This document shows positions 1-13,251 of a stretch of 64,000 nucleotides of DNA, piece by piece; position 1 is the first letter of the stretch; each line of letters opens with the position of its first letter. The DNA lies in contig JAKMXF010000077.1 of NCBI GenBank assembly GCA_024704765.1, positions 449,220-513,219 on the forward strand, written 5' to 3'. A model generated the notes under the pieces. It was not told the DNA's origin. It was given only the letters and a program-made list of their open reading frames with translations, and ran no database searches. Both the position numbers and the translations under genes were made by a program. The DNA comes from Oopsacas minuta. Lineage: Eukaryota > Animalia > Porifera.

Positions 1-3000
1 GCTACTTCATGCCATTGTTGTGGTTCCTCAGGTAGTATAAGTTTTCAACAACAACAACACCAGAATTCAAGAGTGAAGGGGATGAATAATGTAGCAATAA
101 TTGCATCATAATTGCATAGTAATTGGTTACCTCTCACCAACATAGATCTTGAAAGAATTCAAACTTTACATGAAATCTGGCACTATTCGTGACACAATAA
201 TTACTGACATTACAATAATTGGCTACCTACGCAACTTCACCGATCTTACCCATAATAACTAATTTTCAATCATAATTGATTATCAATTGGGAAATCAAAT
301 AATTTGATAATCTGATATTCATAAGGTATGAAATAATAATTGTGTGGTGCTGGTTAGTTACATGTAATACACCAGCTTAGCTGATGGGGCTAATTAATGG
401 GGCTGACAATAATTTAGATGGGGCGCTATCCCATCTAACCCAATGCTGGAGCCGCCACCGAACAACACTAGTAAGTGTACTTAGTAAATATTGTAAATTT
501 AATTATAACAGCATCCCTATTATTGAATATCCTATGGATATCCACGATATCCATGGATATGACCAATCCATGCATGGATATCCATATCCACAACAAGCCT
601 GATCCTTGGCGACATGATATCAACCCAGAACACACCATTCCTACTCCCTGAGCAAAGTAGTTAATAAGCATTATAAACTATTTAAAATCGGTTGATGGCC
701 AAAGGAAACTTTAATTCGAAATGAACTCTATAATAGACTTTCCAATATATAAATCAAAGATGTGGTAGCTACTCAGTAGTCCTTACGTCATATACTCCCT
801 GATACCCAAATTCCAGCTGATTCACTACCGCAAAATCTTTTTGTCATGCATATGTATACTTCTAATGAATATATTTCTTAAAATTATTCAAGGTCGTAAT
901 AAATTATTATGCTGCGATGACTATCCAGGATCTTGAGTATTCTACCAGTCCAATGCTTGTAGCAGAAATTATCAGTAGTGATATAGTACAACTGAAATTT
1001 AACATTTATTGAAGAAACCGTGTAAATTAAAATTAGCATTTAATAGAGATGTAGAAAACAAAAACTTAAGATGAATTATAGCTGGGCTATAATACAAAGT
1101 TCGTATTTTTCATATGATAATTTACAAAATAGAATTACCCCCAAACTATCTGAGGTTTGTATCTAATGGTGCAATTCTAAATGTCTATCCAGTTATACCT
1201 CTGTGTACAGCTCACGAAACGCAAGGAATCAGTCACAATTTTGAGGAAAAGTTAAAATTGATAAAAAGATAAAGTGAATAATTCTGCATAGTTCTGGTCG
1301 ATGATATTTCCAAATAACTTAAATGAAATTGACAACCTTTTCGGATTATTATTGTATACTCTATGCTTTGAAAAACGATCCATTGATTATGATAATCGAA
1401 TTCTGAAATACACTCTACTGGCACTATTGATCGATGTCAAACCCAAATTCAAACCCAACATAAAATATTCAGAAAGAAAAGAATTAAACAAACCTGTAGA
1501 AGAAAGGAACGTTGGATATAGCTTTGATTGACCTTTGTTTCAAGATGTTGTATGATAAATGGGCCTAATGTCAGGGTACAATGATCTTCAGGCCAATAGC
1601 AAGAACACTTTATCTATTTTAGATGAGAAACGAGAAGATATGTATTAAACATGACACAGATTACACATAACAAAATATACGATAACTAGATAGAAATGGT
1701 AAATATAACATTAGAAAGAATATTCTTGGAATAGAATGTTGATAGGACAACTAAAATGGCACTAATATAAAACACACATGTAGATAATTAGGAAATACAT
1801 ATAAGTTGCATAGGATAAGCATGACTATCGTGTAAAACGATGCCCAATGCTGATTCAGAGATACATCAATAGGCAGTCTTAACAATTAAGTACACAGAGA
1901 TTTTCCAATTATTGATATAGAAATAGGACGCGCAATTAAGTATGTATCAGATAATATTATTAGGAAACGAAAGATGTCAATGTTAATTGACATCCTTCGT
2001 AGACAATCTTCATTATTGGTCGATAATATACTTTCTAGCAAAGTAACTTGCTAATTAAATTGCAAGTGACCTCATTAACTACACAGATCAACCAAATTTA
2101 CTTTTGCTTCTCATCAACTATGTAAAATATATTCTTATTTTGTTTGCTAACTACGAATATGAAGGTAATGTTGTCAATCATTAAACAATCTCAAAATAAT
2201 TGATTTTATACAAAATGTCATAAATGGTCCTAATTGCTTCTAGCAACACTTACAAATGAAATTGAGCGATTCTTATGTCATTGTTGAATTCTACTGGTCT
2301 GAATTACCTTAGGTTCAATTCTTCAAATGTTTAAGAACATAGTGGCAGAGTTTTGACATATAAATTTTTGTGCTGTATATGTCATAAATTGGACAAATGA
2401 AATGTGTATGCATTTGACACCTCATAGGTAATCACACATGTTGCATAATGGACTGTATTGCAAATAATACATATACGTATTCATAAGACAAGATTGGCTC
2501 ACTGGGAAGGATGTACTTTGTATCGAACTATCCCATGTGAAACTCTTCCACAAAGCACAGATTTCCAGTGAATATAGGTATTGTAGAATCACCATCCGAT
2601 CGAAATACATTTTGGTAGCCAAATAGCAAGATTTTGAACAACTCAACATATATAACTAAATACTGTGATTTACTTATGAATGTGATTACGAATCTTGTGG
2701 TAAAAGTTGATTAGATGTGGACATAAATGCTAATGCTTTGGGATGCATCGGTGACTAAGCAAGACAACAGCAATTTACAAATGCAAGAGAGGGTCAGAAA
2801 GGCATCAATTTGAAGTGGTTACTAAAGGATAACGTGTGCCAATTATCATACATATATTCGCATTGCACAATTTCATTTTAGAGCCACTAGTCCATGGTTT
2901 CTCAACCAGTGGTCATAAGAGTAACTTGTACACAGTCTATGGCCATTATTCCCAGAAATGCAAAACGTTAGATGAGCAAAACCGACGGTAAGTGACCAAT

Positions 3001-6000
3001 GGTGGCAAAATATTATCAGATAATCTGAAAACTAGGCAACAATTACCAAATCTGATCCAGGTTTCCACTTAGTGGGGTGATGATAAAGAATAATATACGA
3101 AGTGATGCCATATCAGATGTGAGTTTGAGAAAAAAGGACTATACAATAATACATGGGAGCTCAAACTCCTAAAGTTCCAGGTCGATATAAAATTAGCTGC
3201 ACCTAATGGTCTAGTAATCGTAAATGATTCTGCCTTTAGTATATTCAATTCCAAAGATAAATTAATTGGCCTCATATTGCAAAAGAGATTATCAATGATC
3301 TTTACTTATCAGATTTAGGATATAATACAGTATGATTTGAATGAGATAATTCATGAATATTTCCATTTTCGAAAAATAGTTGACAGAAAATTGTTAACAT
3401 GTAACAATGTTTTGTGTATTGAAATTTACGCAGTAGTAATTTGACGTACAACCATAAAGTGGACAATATGTACACATTGAATACTATATTTTTAATGACT
3501 TAAATAGAACAAAGTTAATGATTTTTGTAATAAATACACCTACAATTCAAGAATTCAACATTTAGATTCTTTATATCACAAATGCCCCCGAATGAGTACT
3601 ATACGTCCAAAGCTCAATAAATTTCTGACGTAAGAGAAGCTAGACTTCTCTGAATTTAATATAAATACAAAAGTAACCCGAAGGGTTCCATGAGTCGACA
3701 CGAATTGTTCGCTAAGAGTGTAACTCAAGTGAGCGAAGATTGATAATTGATTATACAACTACAATATAAGAATTGCTCAAATATTTCATCATCATAACAA
3801 TCGGGTAGGTCAGGCACACGGAATTCAAAAATCAATCAGATTCCTCTCTCTCAGTTACAAAGGTTGCTATAAATTATTGCAGAAATAAATGATTCATTAA
3901 CCCATATAGTCTAAAAATATTAGACAAGCATTGGTACATAATACAATAAGGTGAAAATATGTTCAAATATCAGACTGATAGGGTGAACAAAATTATTAGG
4001 AAGATATACAGTATGTCAGTGCTGCCAAGTGAGTTCATGTATATCCCTTCAGATTATCTGTAAAGTATAAGGAGGTCAATAACACTCTTGTCCATTGTGA
4101 TTTCGAAGATACGATGTTTTATCAATCATGCCAGGATTTTTGAAAAATTTCATCTTAAATGTTTGCATTCTTCCACCAATTTCTATCCTATGCCATTAAG
4201 AAATAGATAATTATTCTGGATATATACACTCAATGATAATTTCATCGTAGATTATGCATTATGTGCATCATTTTAAACCAAATAATTCGTTCTAATGATT
4301 CAAAATTAGAATTTCAGGTTTCACCCAGCTAGATCCCACACACCTAAACTTCACCTACATAAAATCTCATAATTTTCTATCAGACTATTTACATATTTTA
4401 CACCTTAAAATTGTCGAAATGATAGCTACTAAGGAAAGTTACTTGATTAATTAGGTATTTACTGATATACGGCTAAATATGAACTATGTTATCACAGCAT
4501 TACTTCTCTAAGGCCAATCGAATATTGGTTTTGCAATATGAGTCTATATGAGTAAGCAAGCAACTAGCCACATTGGAATCGGGGAAGACAGATATTACTT
4601 TCTTACAAACTAAAGTTAAAGTAACACAAAGCGAGGTGATGGTGAATTGTGGCCAGAATTTCTTTTCACGTCAAGTAATTGAAATAATTCCGAGAATTTC
4701 TGTATGTCTGGTTATTAGATATCAATAGCAAGGTATCTCCTTCTAAGGCCCAATCAAACAGTATCTCAATCAAAAAACAATTAAATGTGTATATAAGAAT
4801 GTAAAATACACTAATACTATGTTTATATATCCTGAATTGAGTGAAGAAACTGGAATACTCACGATGATGATTTTGCATATTGCGCCAATATGGGTCTGGT
4901 TCCTACAAGTTCGAGTCTTGGACGAAAATTGAGATTTCAGAAGTGATAATTACGCCATAATTTCACACAACGAAATTATGACGAATGCACAGTCATCATT
5001 AATACCATATATGTTCATTTTCAAAATTGTTTCATAATCATGAGAGATATCATATCAATATGTAATATTAGGGTTATGGGAAGTCGAGTATATACTATAT
5101 GTGTGAAGGTATGTCTTGCGTAACATTGAAGGATGTCAAGTTATGGAGGATGAATATTGGCCCAAATATACCACCCATGTCACTACGATAACTCTGGGAC
5201 GCGAGAACGTTATAATGACAAAATACTGATATTTTGTACAACAATATCCGTATATTCTATGGTAAAAATTTGAAACTGTAAATGTATTAATTTCCTCTCT
5301 ACGAAGTTTCAAAACAGGAGCATTTTTCTGACATATTTGCAAAGTAAGCAACAGATGACGTCATTTTGACCTGAAAATAGTTTGTAGATTTAGATTGTAA
5401 GTCATGTCAAATATCAATAATAAATATATTCGGGCCAAAATGTACCGCTAAATTTTATCGCAACTAATATATCTCCATTATTTTCTAAGAACTGACTTAC
5501 CCAATCCCTGGTCCAAGCCCATTAATCAGCACCATTGCCTTAGTGTATAGAATATTAAAAGTGAACACTTAATGATTTTCATTTCGGTTTACCAATATCT
5601 GACTTAATACCTGTTATAGAATACGTCTGAGCACTCTGCAGGGAGCTGTGCAGGCATATTACATGACGTCGCTAAGATTTTCAGTTAGAGTGGCAAAGAA
5701 ATTACAAGGGGGAGCACGAAGTTACAAGGGGGGTAAGGCCAGGGACAAGGCATTCTCATAGGTTTAGCAGGAGGTGTGTCCAGTGGTGGATCTTTAAATT
5801 TCCAAATGTGTATAGTCATCCGGCCCTTGCGGGCGATTTAGTCGTTGTAGTCTTCCAATGGAGTCGGAGCGCAGCGCCTGGACAACAAGCTATAATTCTT
5901 ACCACATTAACTACCTCTCTACTTTCAAGTAGGTTGAACTTTGAAATATTTTTCTCATTACTGTGTAATATACATTTGATTGGATTGTTTCTTGAAGGAC

Positions 6001-9000
6001 TACGTGTTTCACTACCATGAATAATGCATACATATACTCAGGATAAATTATTAATAAGGTCCATAGTTCAATACAAGATATAACCCTGACACTTTTGAGA
6101 ATTATGTGCCTCAAAGCCCTTTACAGAGTCAAAGATGTGCCTCAAGTCTTTGCACGTCTTAGTTAGTGGAGCAGCACTGTATGAAATCAACAAACTTTTC
6201 GCAATTGCAAAAGAGAAGCTATCATTATTCTTGGCAATGATTTAACGATGCCATGAAGTATTATTTTCAAGTCTACATTGGTTTCCTATCTTCTCGAGGA
6301 AAATTTATAGGAAATTATTTTAGTTTACCATATAAATTAAAAAGCTATTAAAATGTTATTTGCAAAATTATTTTTAAATAGTCAAAATTGTTGTTCTTCG
6401 TACCACAGTATCTTCCAAAATTACCAACCTAACTGTGCAAGTCCCTAGAATCGGACTATTTAAATGCTCTTATTCAAACCCAGGAGCAACCTTATAACCT
6501 ATTATGTAACAAATTTATGCAAGCTAAATGTGTAATTTCTTTCAAGAGAGTAAACTTCGGTGATTGTAGTTATCCTTCTCATCCTTTTTGACGAATCTAT
6601 TCACATTTTTAACTCATAGCTGAACTCAACTTCAATTAGTATGAAGTATGTATATAATGCATTAGGGTTAAAACATTTCCTAGAATTAACCAGACAGCAT
6701 TAACCCAAAGTAGTGCATGCTGTTGAAGTAACTAAAGAGGCTTTAAGGACATGTCCCAGGCAATAATACTTGATAATATAATTTGTGCATTAGTAGTCGT
6801 TTTTGTCATGATGTATGTTCTGTTATCAGTTACAAAATTTCATTATCTAAGGTGCTATGTGTTTACATACTGGTCCAAAACTACAGATAGATCTTCAACT
6901 CATATAATAAAATGGATTGAGTGCAAACAATCCAAGGGATAAGCAAATCCGTCTCTCCAATCTAAACAGGACTATCTTTTGAAATTATTCATACTATGGT
7001 GGAAGCAATTTAGCACACGAGGTACAAATACAACGATTTCATTTGATTTTCGGATGCTTCTAATTTACGAAGACTGCATTATTGATATTGATTATATCTT
7101 AGTAGTTCTCTCAATGTGTATTCTATAAATAAAGGAACCTAAGCCAAATATCTTCTTAAAAAGTGTGTTTATATAGTATTTGTAATTATTATTGCACTCA
7201 AATCAGACAAATATCTGAAAAAGGTTATATGCAATTCCTGTCAATATATGAAAAAGAGTAAATACACTCATATAGTGTGGTTAAAAATTGCCACTTTACA
7301 ATCTTGTCCCAAATATTATTGATTTCATCCACAAAAATTACTCAAAATGACAATTGAAATACCCTCGTACGAATTATACGGGTCTGACAATATACTATGA
7401 AATCACTATGAGAACACCCATCGAAAATCGAATGTCCATGGTGCGAGCCATTTGAGTTAGCAAAAGAAGTTGGTATATTGCGTAAAACGAATCAGGTACT
7501 CTATGGATAGTTCATGTCTGAAGACAATACACTTTCATATACTGAATGCATAGTTCATTAGAGATATCTGAGAGGAAATTGTCAGTAGTCTCCACAGGCA
7601 ATTCATCGGTTCAAATGTTCCATCTCTGAAATCCCAAAAAGTATCAATTTTTGCCTTTTGATATGTAATATCCTCAGATATGAAACAACCAATAATAAAC
7701 ATATTGCATATTCACAATATTAGAAATGGATATTTAGTAAGTCAATAGGCGCTGAATGTGGATATTTGAAATTTAAAAACAATACATACAGTTACATTTT
7801 TGTCAATTACGCTACCCTTAAACAACTTGTGTACTACAGTTTTGAATGATGAATCTTGTACAGTATGCACGATAATATGTTGTTGGCATAAATCTTTCAA
7901 AGAATTTGTCCAGGATAATAGAATCTTTAATTGGACAAAACAACAGTACTCACTATTTAGAGATTATGAGAAAATTTCGAATTTCATCTCCTTAAAGTAT
8001 AATTGCTCAGCTATTTTCACATTCTTACTGAAGGCAAAATTTCAATAGTATGAACTGAATACGTTAAACGGATTCTATCATAGATATCATCACTTTGAAC
8101 AATGACAATGGGTGGCAAAAAGGAGACACCATAATTCACGAATACTTCCATATCGAACTACTGCCAACTATCTATAAATATATTCAAATGGTATAAATTA
8201 GAATATGAAAAGCTAATTCATTGAAAAATGGTTAAAAACTTTCTGATTCTATCTAGCTCAATAAATATATAATGAGAGGAATAACAATGAAATAATCGGT
8301 TACATAGATTTCATGTAAATAGAGAGATTCTGATAACAATTTTGATTCTACATCTCTGATATCCCGAGCGGCAGTTCTAGGAATTACTGGTGGAAGAAAA
8401 ATTACCCAGTAGGCTACAGGGGCTTTGCCCCTGAATGGCAAGCCCTATTTAGAACAACATTAGTTGTATTTCTATTACCTGGTAACTTCTATCCTGAAAC
8501 ATTCCTCTTAAGCTCGTACACATTTGGAAATAGGAATTCAATCGATTATGTAAGTAGATTGACTCATTTTGCAGAAGAGTAGAATCGTAGAATATGCAAT
8601 AACACATTATATAGTAGCATGCGCTAAAAGATACAATAGATGAGTCTCCAAATTAGTTGATGAATAAGATAAACTTGAAATAGGAATTTGACCGATTACG
8701 GCTGAAGTGTTATGTTTGTAAAGAAAAGGAAAGAAAAAATGACCATTCATTATAACCAATTCACTGAACTAAAACGAGATGTTAGCACTTTCAACGTTAA
8801 ATAGTCAGGCATTCTCTGGGCTGCATTAGGTTAATAGAAAAATGCAGAGACAAAGTCTTCGGTATGTTTTTCCAAAGAAAATAAAATGAAATCGGGCACT
8901 ACCCGATCTTTACCTAGACCTGTAAATAGCAATGCTATTTCTTAAATTTCTGAGAAATTGTCCAAAATATTATATTATGTCTTAGAATATTAACAGGAAT

Positions 9001-9869
9001 TTATCGGTTGATGTTAGTCCCTGTAACTGGGCTCATTTATTGATTGAAATTTCTAAACTTCGAAAATAACGGCGGAATGCCGGTACCTTTTGCATTTTTG
9101 GCATTAGCATACTATGTGTATATAATTTGAATTAAATTCATCTTCTTTGACACACAACTAGTATTTTAGGGGAAGTTCGCAAACATGGTTGATTGGGCCA
9201 ATTTTCGATATCGTCACAAATAAAGATGAATACCATATTCATATTCAGCAAAATCTTAGTATACTGATGTATATGTATTTATAATAGTTATCTTAGCATA
9301 CTCGTACCCTTGACTATAGAAACGCAAATTGCAATAAATGTACTTTGCGTATAGCATCGAATATTAACAATATTTGAAGATTTGAAATTGGAAAGCTATA
9401 CATGCATCATAAATTACATTAAAAATTTTAAACAAATAGATACAAAGGATTGTTTGAATTACATTGGAGTTAATCAACGCAATTATTGTGGTATACTGAA
9501 ATGTGAAAATATTCGTTTCTTGGATTTACAAATATTTGTTGATTCTACTGTGATTTAATAATTTGAACTACTGTATATAGTTAAGAAATACCGGATATGT
9601 GGCATGAATTAAGACACTTAAGCATGTTACAATGTTCTAGGAGATAATATAACCAAAATGTAATGTGTAATAAACGAAAGTCTATAACAAGTGTGAAGTT
9701 ACCTAACTATTCGACCAGCAGTCCTTCAACAATTAATTTGACTAACTTATCATGGTCAGAACGTAATGATTTTTCTGCAACCCGAAGGAAGAGATACGTA
9801 AGTTTCTGGAAATGAATGTAATTATTATAAACTTAAATTTTTTCTAATAGAATTTAGTGCATCTAGCCG

Positions 9870-12072
9870 GCAGTAGTTCAAATATGAATTTAGTATAGTC
9901 AAACAAATTATATGTATTGAAAACATGGGCATGGAGTAGTCAAAACTTTTTGAGATTTTAGGCTTGAACACTGGCTTGTTAAAAAGAGTTTCAATCAGAT
10001 TGTACTAAGCACACAAATTGAAGAAAAACTTTAAACAATTCCAACCATAGTAATGCATACAGATTACTGCAATATCACTGTTTGAGTTTAGCGGGATCAT
10101 TATGAATTACTCAATGATTTAAAGAATATATGAAGTAATTTCAATTATGTCACAGCATTTAGTTTCCATATATTCCAAATATATTAAATATAATCAATAT
10201 TTGAAATATTGAGAAGAAATGGATAATTCAGAGTTCATTGCTAAATTTCAATGAATTAATCAACTAAACTTAGATCTACGATGAAATAATTATAATAAGA
10301 TGCATATTCACATTATGATTTCTTGATCTGAAATACAAAACACTGTTGCTGAAAAGTAAAAATCTTGATATAGTCCTTTGGTATTTCTATATGTATTATC
10401 TTATATTTCATCCATTCATAAACAAACTCCTTTATTTCATCACTTTCATCAAAAAGTCTTACGCAACTCTACAAATCAAGACTCTTGTTCAAGTCTTATT
10501 GATTAAGGTTTGTTGTCTATCATCTATATACAGTATTTCTCGAATAGTACCCTGGGATGATGATATATTTCCAGGATCCTTGAGGAGGGGCGATTATTCG
10601 AAGAAGGGTTACTTCCCATTCGAGGAAAAGGTATCTACATTCTGTCCTAATTATCAAAGATTGATAATTTTCTTCACATTTTAGAATTATAATTTCGTTC
10701 CTACACCCTTCAATAGAACCAAATAGTTGTATTACTTGTACTTTAAGTGGATCAATATTTCAAAATGTATCTTCCTTTCTTTCCAATAAATTATTTCCTT
10801 CTAATCGGAATACACGTTAGATGTGTAATAATCTATTGCTATAACAAAAGTTAGATTCATCTTGAGACGTTTTCTGGTGAGTATGATGCATATGTATATT
10901 ACCTTCCTTTTTTAGTTCCATGAGAACTTCAGCTGATACCTTTGTATATCGAATGTCTTTCAATTCATATAAAGATGTTGTGAGTTCACTTTCTGTTGAC
11001 CCTAACATTAGCGATTCTATTTGGAGCATTATTTGTAAAAGACCTACATGGCCACACTAATCTGGCTCAACGAAAATCTATTTATTTGAAATGGAAAATA
11101 ATTCATGCAATACCCGTCTATTAATCGAGCGAGTAATCGATCCACCAGTCTCACATCAGCCATCTATAGATTTCATACATATAATTCGCTTTCTCCATGT
11201 CCATCATCTCCACAAAGTACAACAAAATCATTGATTATAAGTTAGATTCTGGACTCTTTCTTAATAGAGGATTTGCCATCTCTTCGAACCACCACAATTC
11301 ATCAAGATATTCTCTATTGCCTGGAATCTGCATGTTCTTTTCATGATAATCATGAGGGAATATTTTTGGAATCAATTGAACATGATTTGATAGATGATAG
11401 GCTAATGTTAATTTGGTCTTCAGCTGCATCTGACCCATCTCATTACTATAAGCTCAGAGATGATTAATACAGTATCGACCTTTGCGGATTAATTGATAGT
11501 TGTATTGTAGTGGAAAATTATTATTACAACAATCATCAAGATCATTGATAGATTGATGGTGGTATCTTTTACCGTTATCGGAGTCCAAATGCCTACGAAA
11601 ATTCTGGGAATTTGAAAGTATTGAATTTGTACAGTGTAGTTCATTCGTAAATCTATTTCCATATAGTCACAATGGATTCCAAGTCAATGAGCAGACAACC
11701 TTGTTGCTAATGTGGATAGTTCTGCAAAATTGACTATAAATCAACAATACTTTGAGATTAAGTACTCATCACTGACCTAAGATAAGATGAGAATATTTAT
11801 GCATTGGCTAGTCAAGTTAAAATTCATTCAAGCATACTAAATTCATAAGTGAACTACTGCTAGTAGCTGAAGTATTAGTTACATTCGTGTACTACAAATT
11901 TAATAGAGACTCAATTTAAACAAGCCAGTATTCAAGCATAAATATCTTAAAATGTTTTGACTATCTTAACATAATATATTAAACACATAAACTTCCTTAC
12001 AGCAGGAATCCATGCCCATGGTTTCTGGGAAAATAATTTGTTTAAGTATAATAAATTCATGTGTGAACTACT
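9870..12072. repeat. Diverged inverted repeat pair (9870-10014 and 11887-12072) flanking a pogo-like remnant
   Basis: Reverse complement of 9870-10014 (aacaagccagtgttcaagcctaaaatctcaaaaagttttgactactccatgcccatg) aligns to 11887-12072 (aaacaagccagtattcaagcataaatatcttaaaatgttttgactatc...tccatgcccatgg), with an insertion of about 40 bp in the right copy. Confidence 0.6.
10817..11470 (-). pseudogene. Probable pogo/Tigger DDE_1 transposase remnant
   Basis: Minus-strand SNEMGQMQLKTKLTLAYH...PHDYHEKN..GNREYLDELWWFEE resembles the Tigger-type C.NA.G.hKLKPhhhYH...LPV.Y..N..AWM..hF.EWF segment; heavily decayed. Confidence 0.4.
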
Positions 12073-12770
12073 AATGGTTAGATGCATTAGAAAAAATATG
12101 AAATATAATTCATTTTCAGAAAAGTGTGTTTCTCTTTTCGAATGGTCCCAAATATTTACATTCTGACAATGGTAAGTTTATCAAATTAAAGGTTGAAGTA
12201 CTGCAGGTTGAATATTTAGCAAACTTCATACTCGTAAATCTATACTACTAAAACGCACTTAATGAATCAATACATGTGAATACACAGTAGTTTGTATATT
12301 CCGAAATGATTTAAGAAACTAAAGGATACCCAGGATGATTTTTGGCATGCAAGGGAATTTTGAGTCTGGTTCGGAATAGGGTATTTTGACCTATTACGTC
12401 ATCATGACTGTACAAGAAATTCAACAATTCACAAATTTCGAAACATTCAGAATTTCTTAATAAGCAAAGAACGAAGCGAAGTCTCAAAATTAATAACAAA
12501 AGCGAAATTGTATCTGTAATGTCAGCACAGAAGACTCATTGAACGAAATTTGGGTGGGCCATGGATGATCAAATCTCAAAATTGTCCGATATTATATTCA
12601 CGATGCACGAGGTGCCAAGTTTACCCCTTGTGTAGCGCAAAAAGCACTAAGGAAGATAACTGGTAATACCTATCAAACCTGAGGCACCAAGTTGTTCCGC
12701 AGCGATATAGCAAGGTAAGCGCGAATTTATGTACAAAATTAAAATTCGACAGTTATGAAATTAACATTTT

Positions 12771-13251
12771 GTAAACAATTGTGCAACTAGATACGCCTAG
12801 GTATTTTTAGGATATTTACCTATGAAGACAATACAAAGGATATTCTGCTACGTCTTAATTGTCAGGTTGACACATTTTTAGCAAGGATTAGGAGGCTTTC
12901 AGAAAATTAACTTTTAGAGAAGATGAGGGAAATTCATTTGTAAACATATTCAAATTAGAATAGATATGTAAATCATCAATAAAGTAACGTATTAAGAGTT
13001 TTAAATGAATGTTATTAAGCATAAACTCGAGAAATTATGTCCATTAAGTTGGAGCGAATATTAATCACAAAAAGGCTATTATTAGATACAGCCCTATGAG
13101 ATCATAAGATGATCTGGGAAAGCCCTATAGATAATCTGATGAGACCAATAAATTTCGAAGAGTAAGTAAATAAAAAGCAAATAATACATTAAAAGGGTTA
13201 ACTACGACTCAAATAACTACTCAACCATTTTGGGCATTTTGCCCAACTGTG
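12771..13251 (+). mobile_element. 3' end of a Transib/RAG1-like transposon (transposase C-terminus, 3' UTR, putative TIR)
   Basis: Translates as CKQLCN*IRLGIFRIFTYEDNTKDILLRLNCQVD, homologous to the NYEDNTIDSLLRLNCQSD segment in 63111-64000 (-); DNA homology to that copy continues for about 350 bp. Ends in attttgcccaactgtg (reverse complement CACAGTTGGGCAAAAT), similar to Transib CACAGTG/CACAATG termini. Confidence 0.6.

Noticed and set aside
384-671. Overlapping ORFs with YPMDIHDIHGY repeats
   Set aside because: Arise from short ggatatcc-type repeats; no recognisable domain.
1141-1272. TAHETQG resembling motif V of RNA-virus SF1 helicases
   Set aside because: Single short motif in a short frame; motifs IV and VI are absent.
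2700-2830. LINE RT C-terminal-like QMQERVRKAS, and a similar weak CR1/L2-like tail near 37030-37140
   Set aside because: Too short and decayed to support without a profile search.
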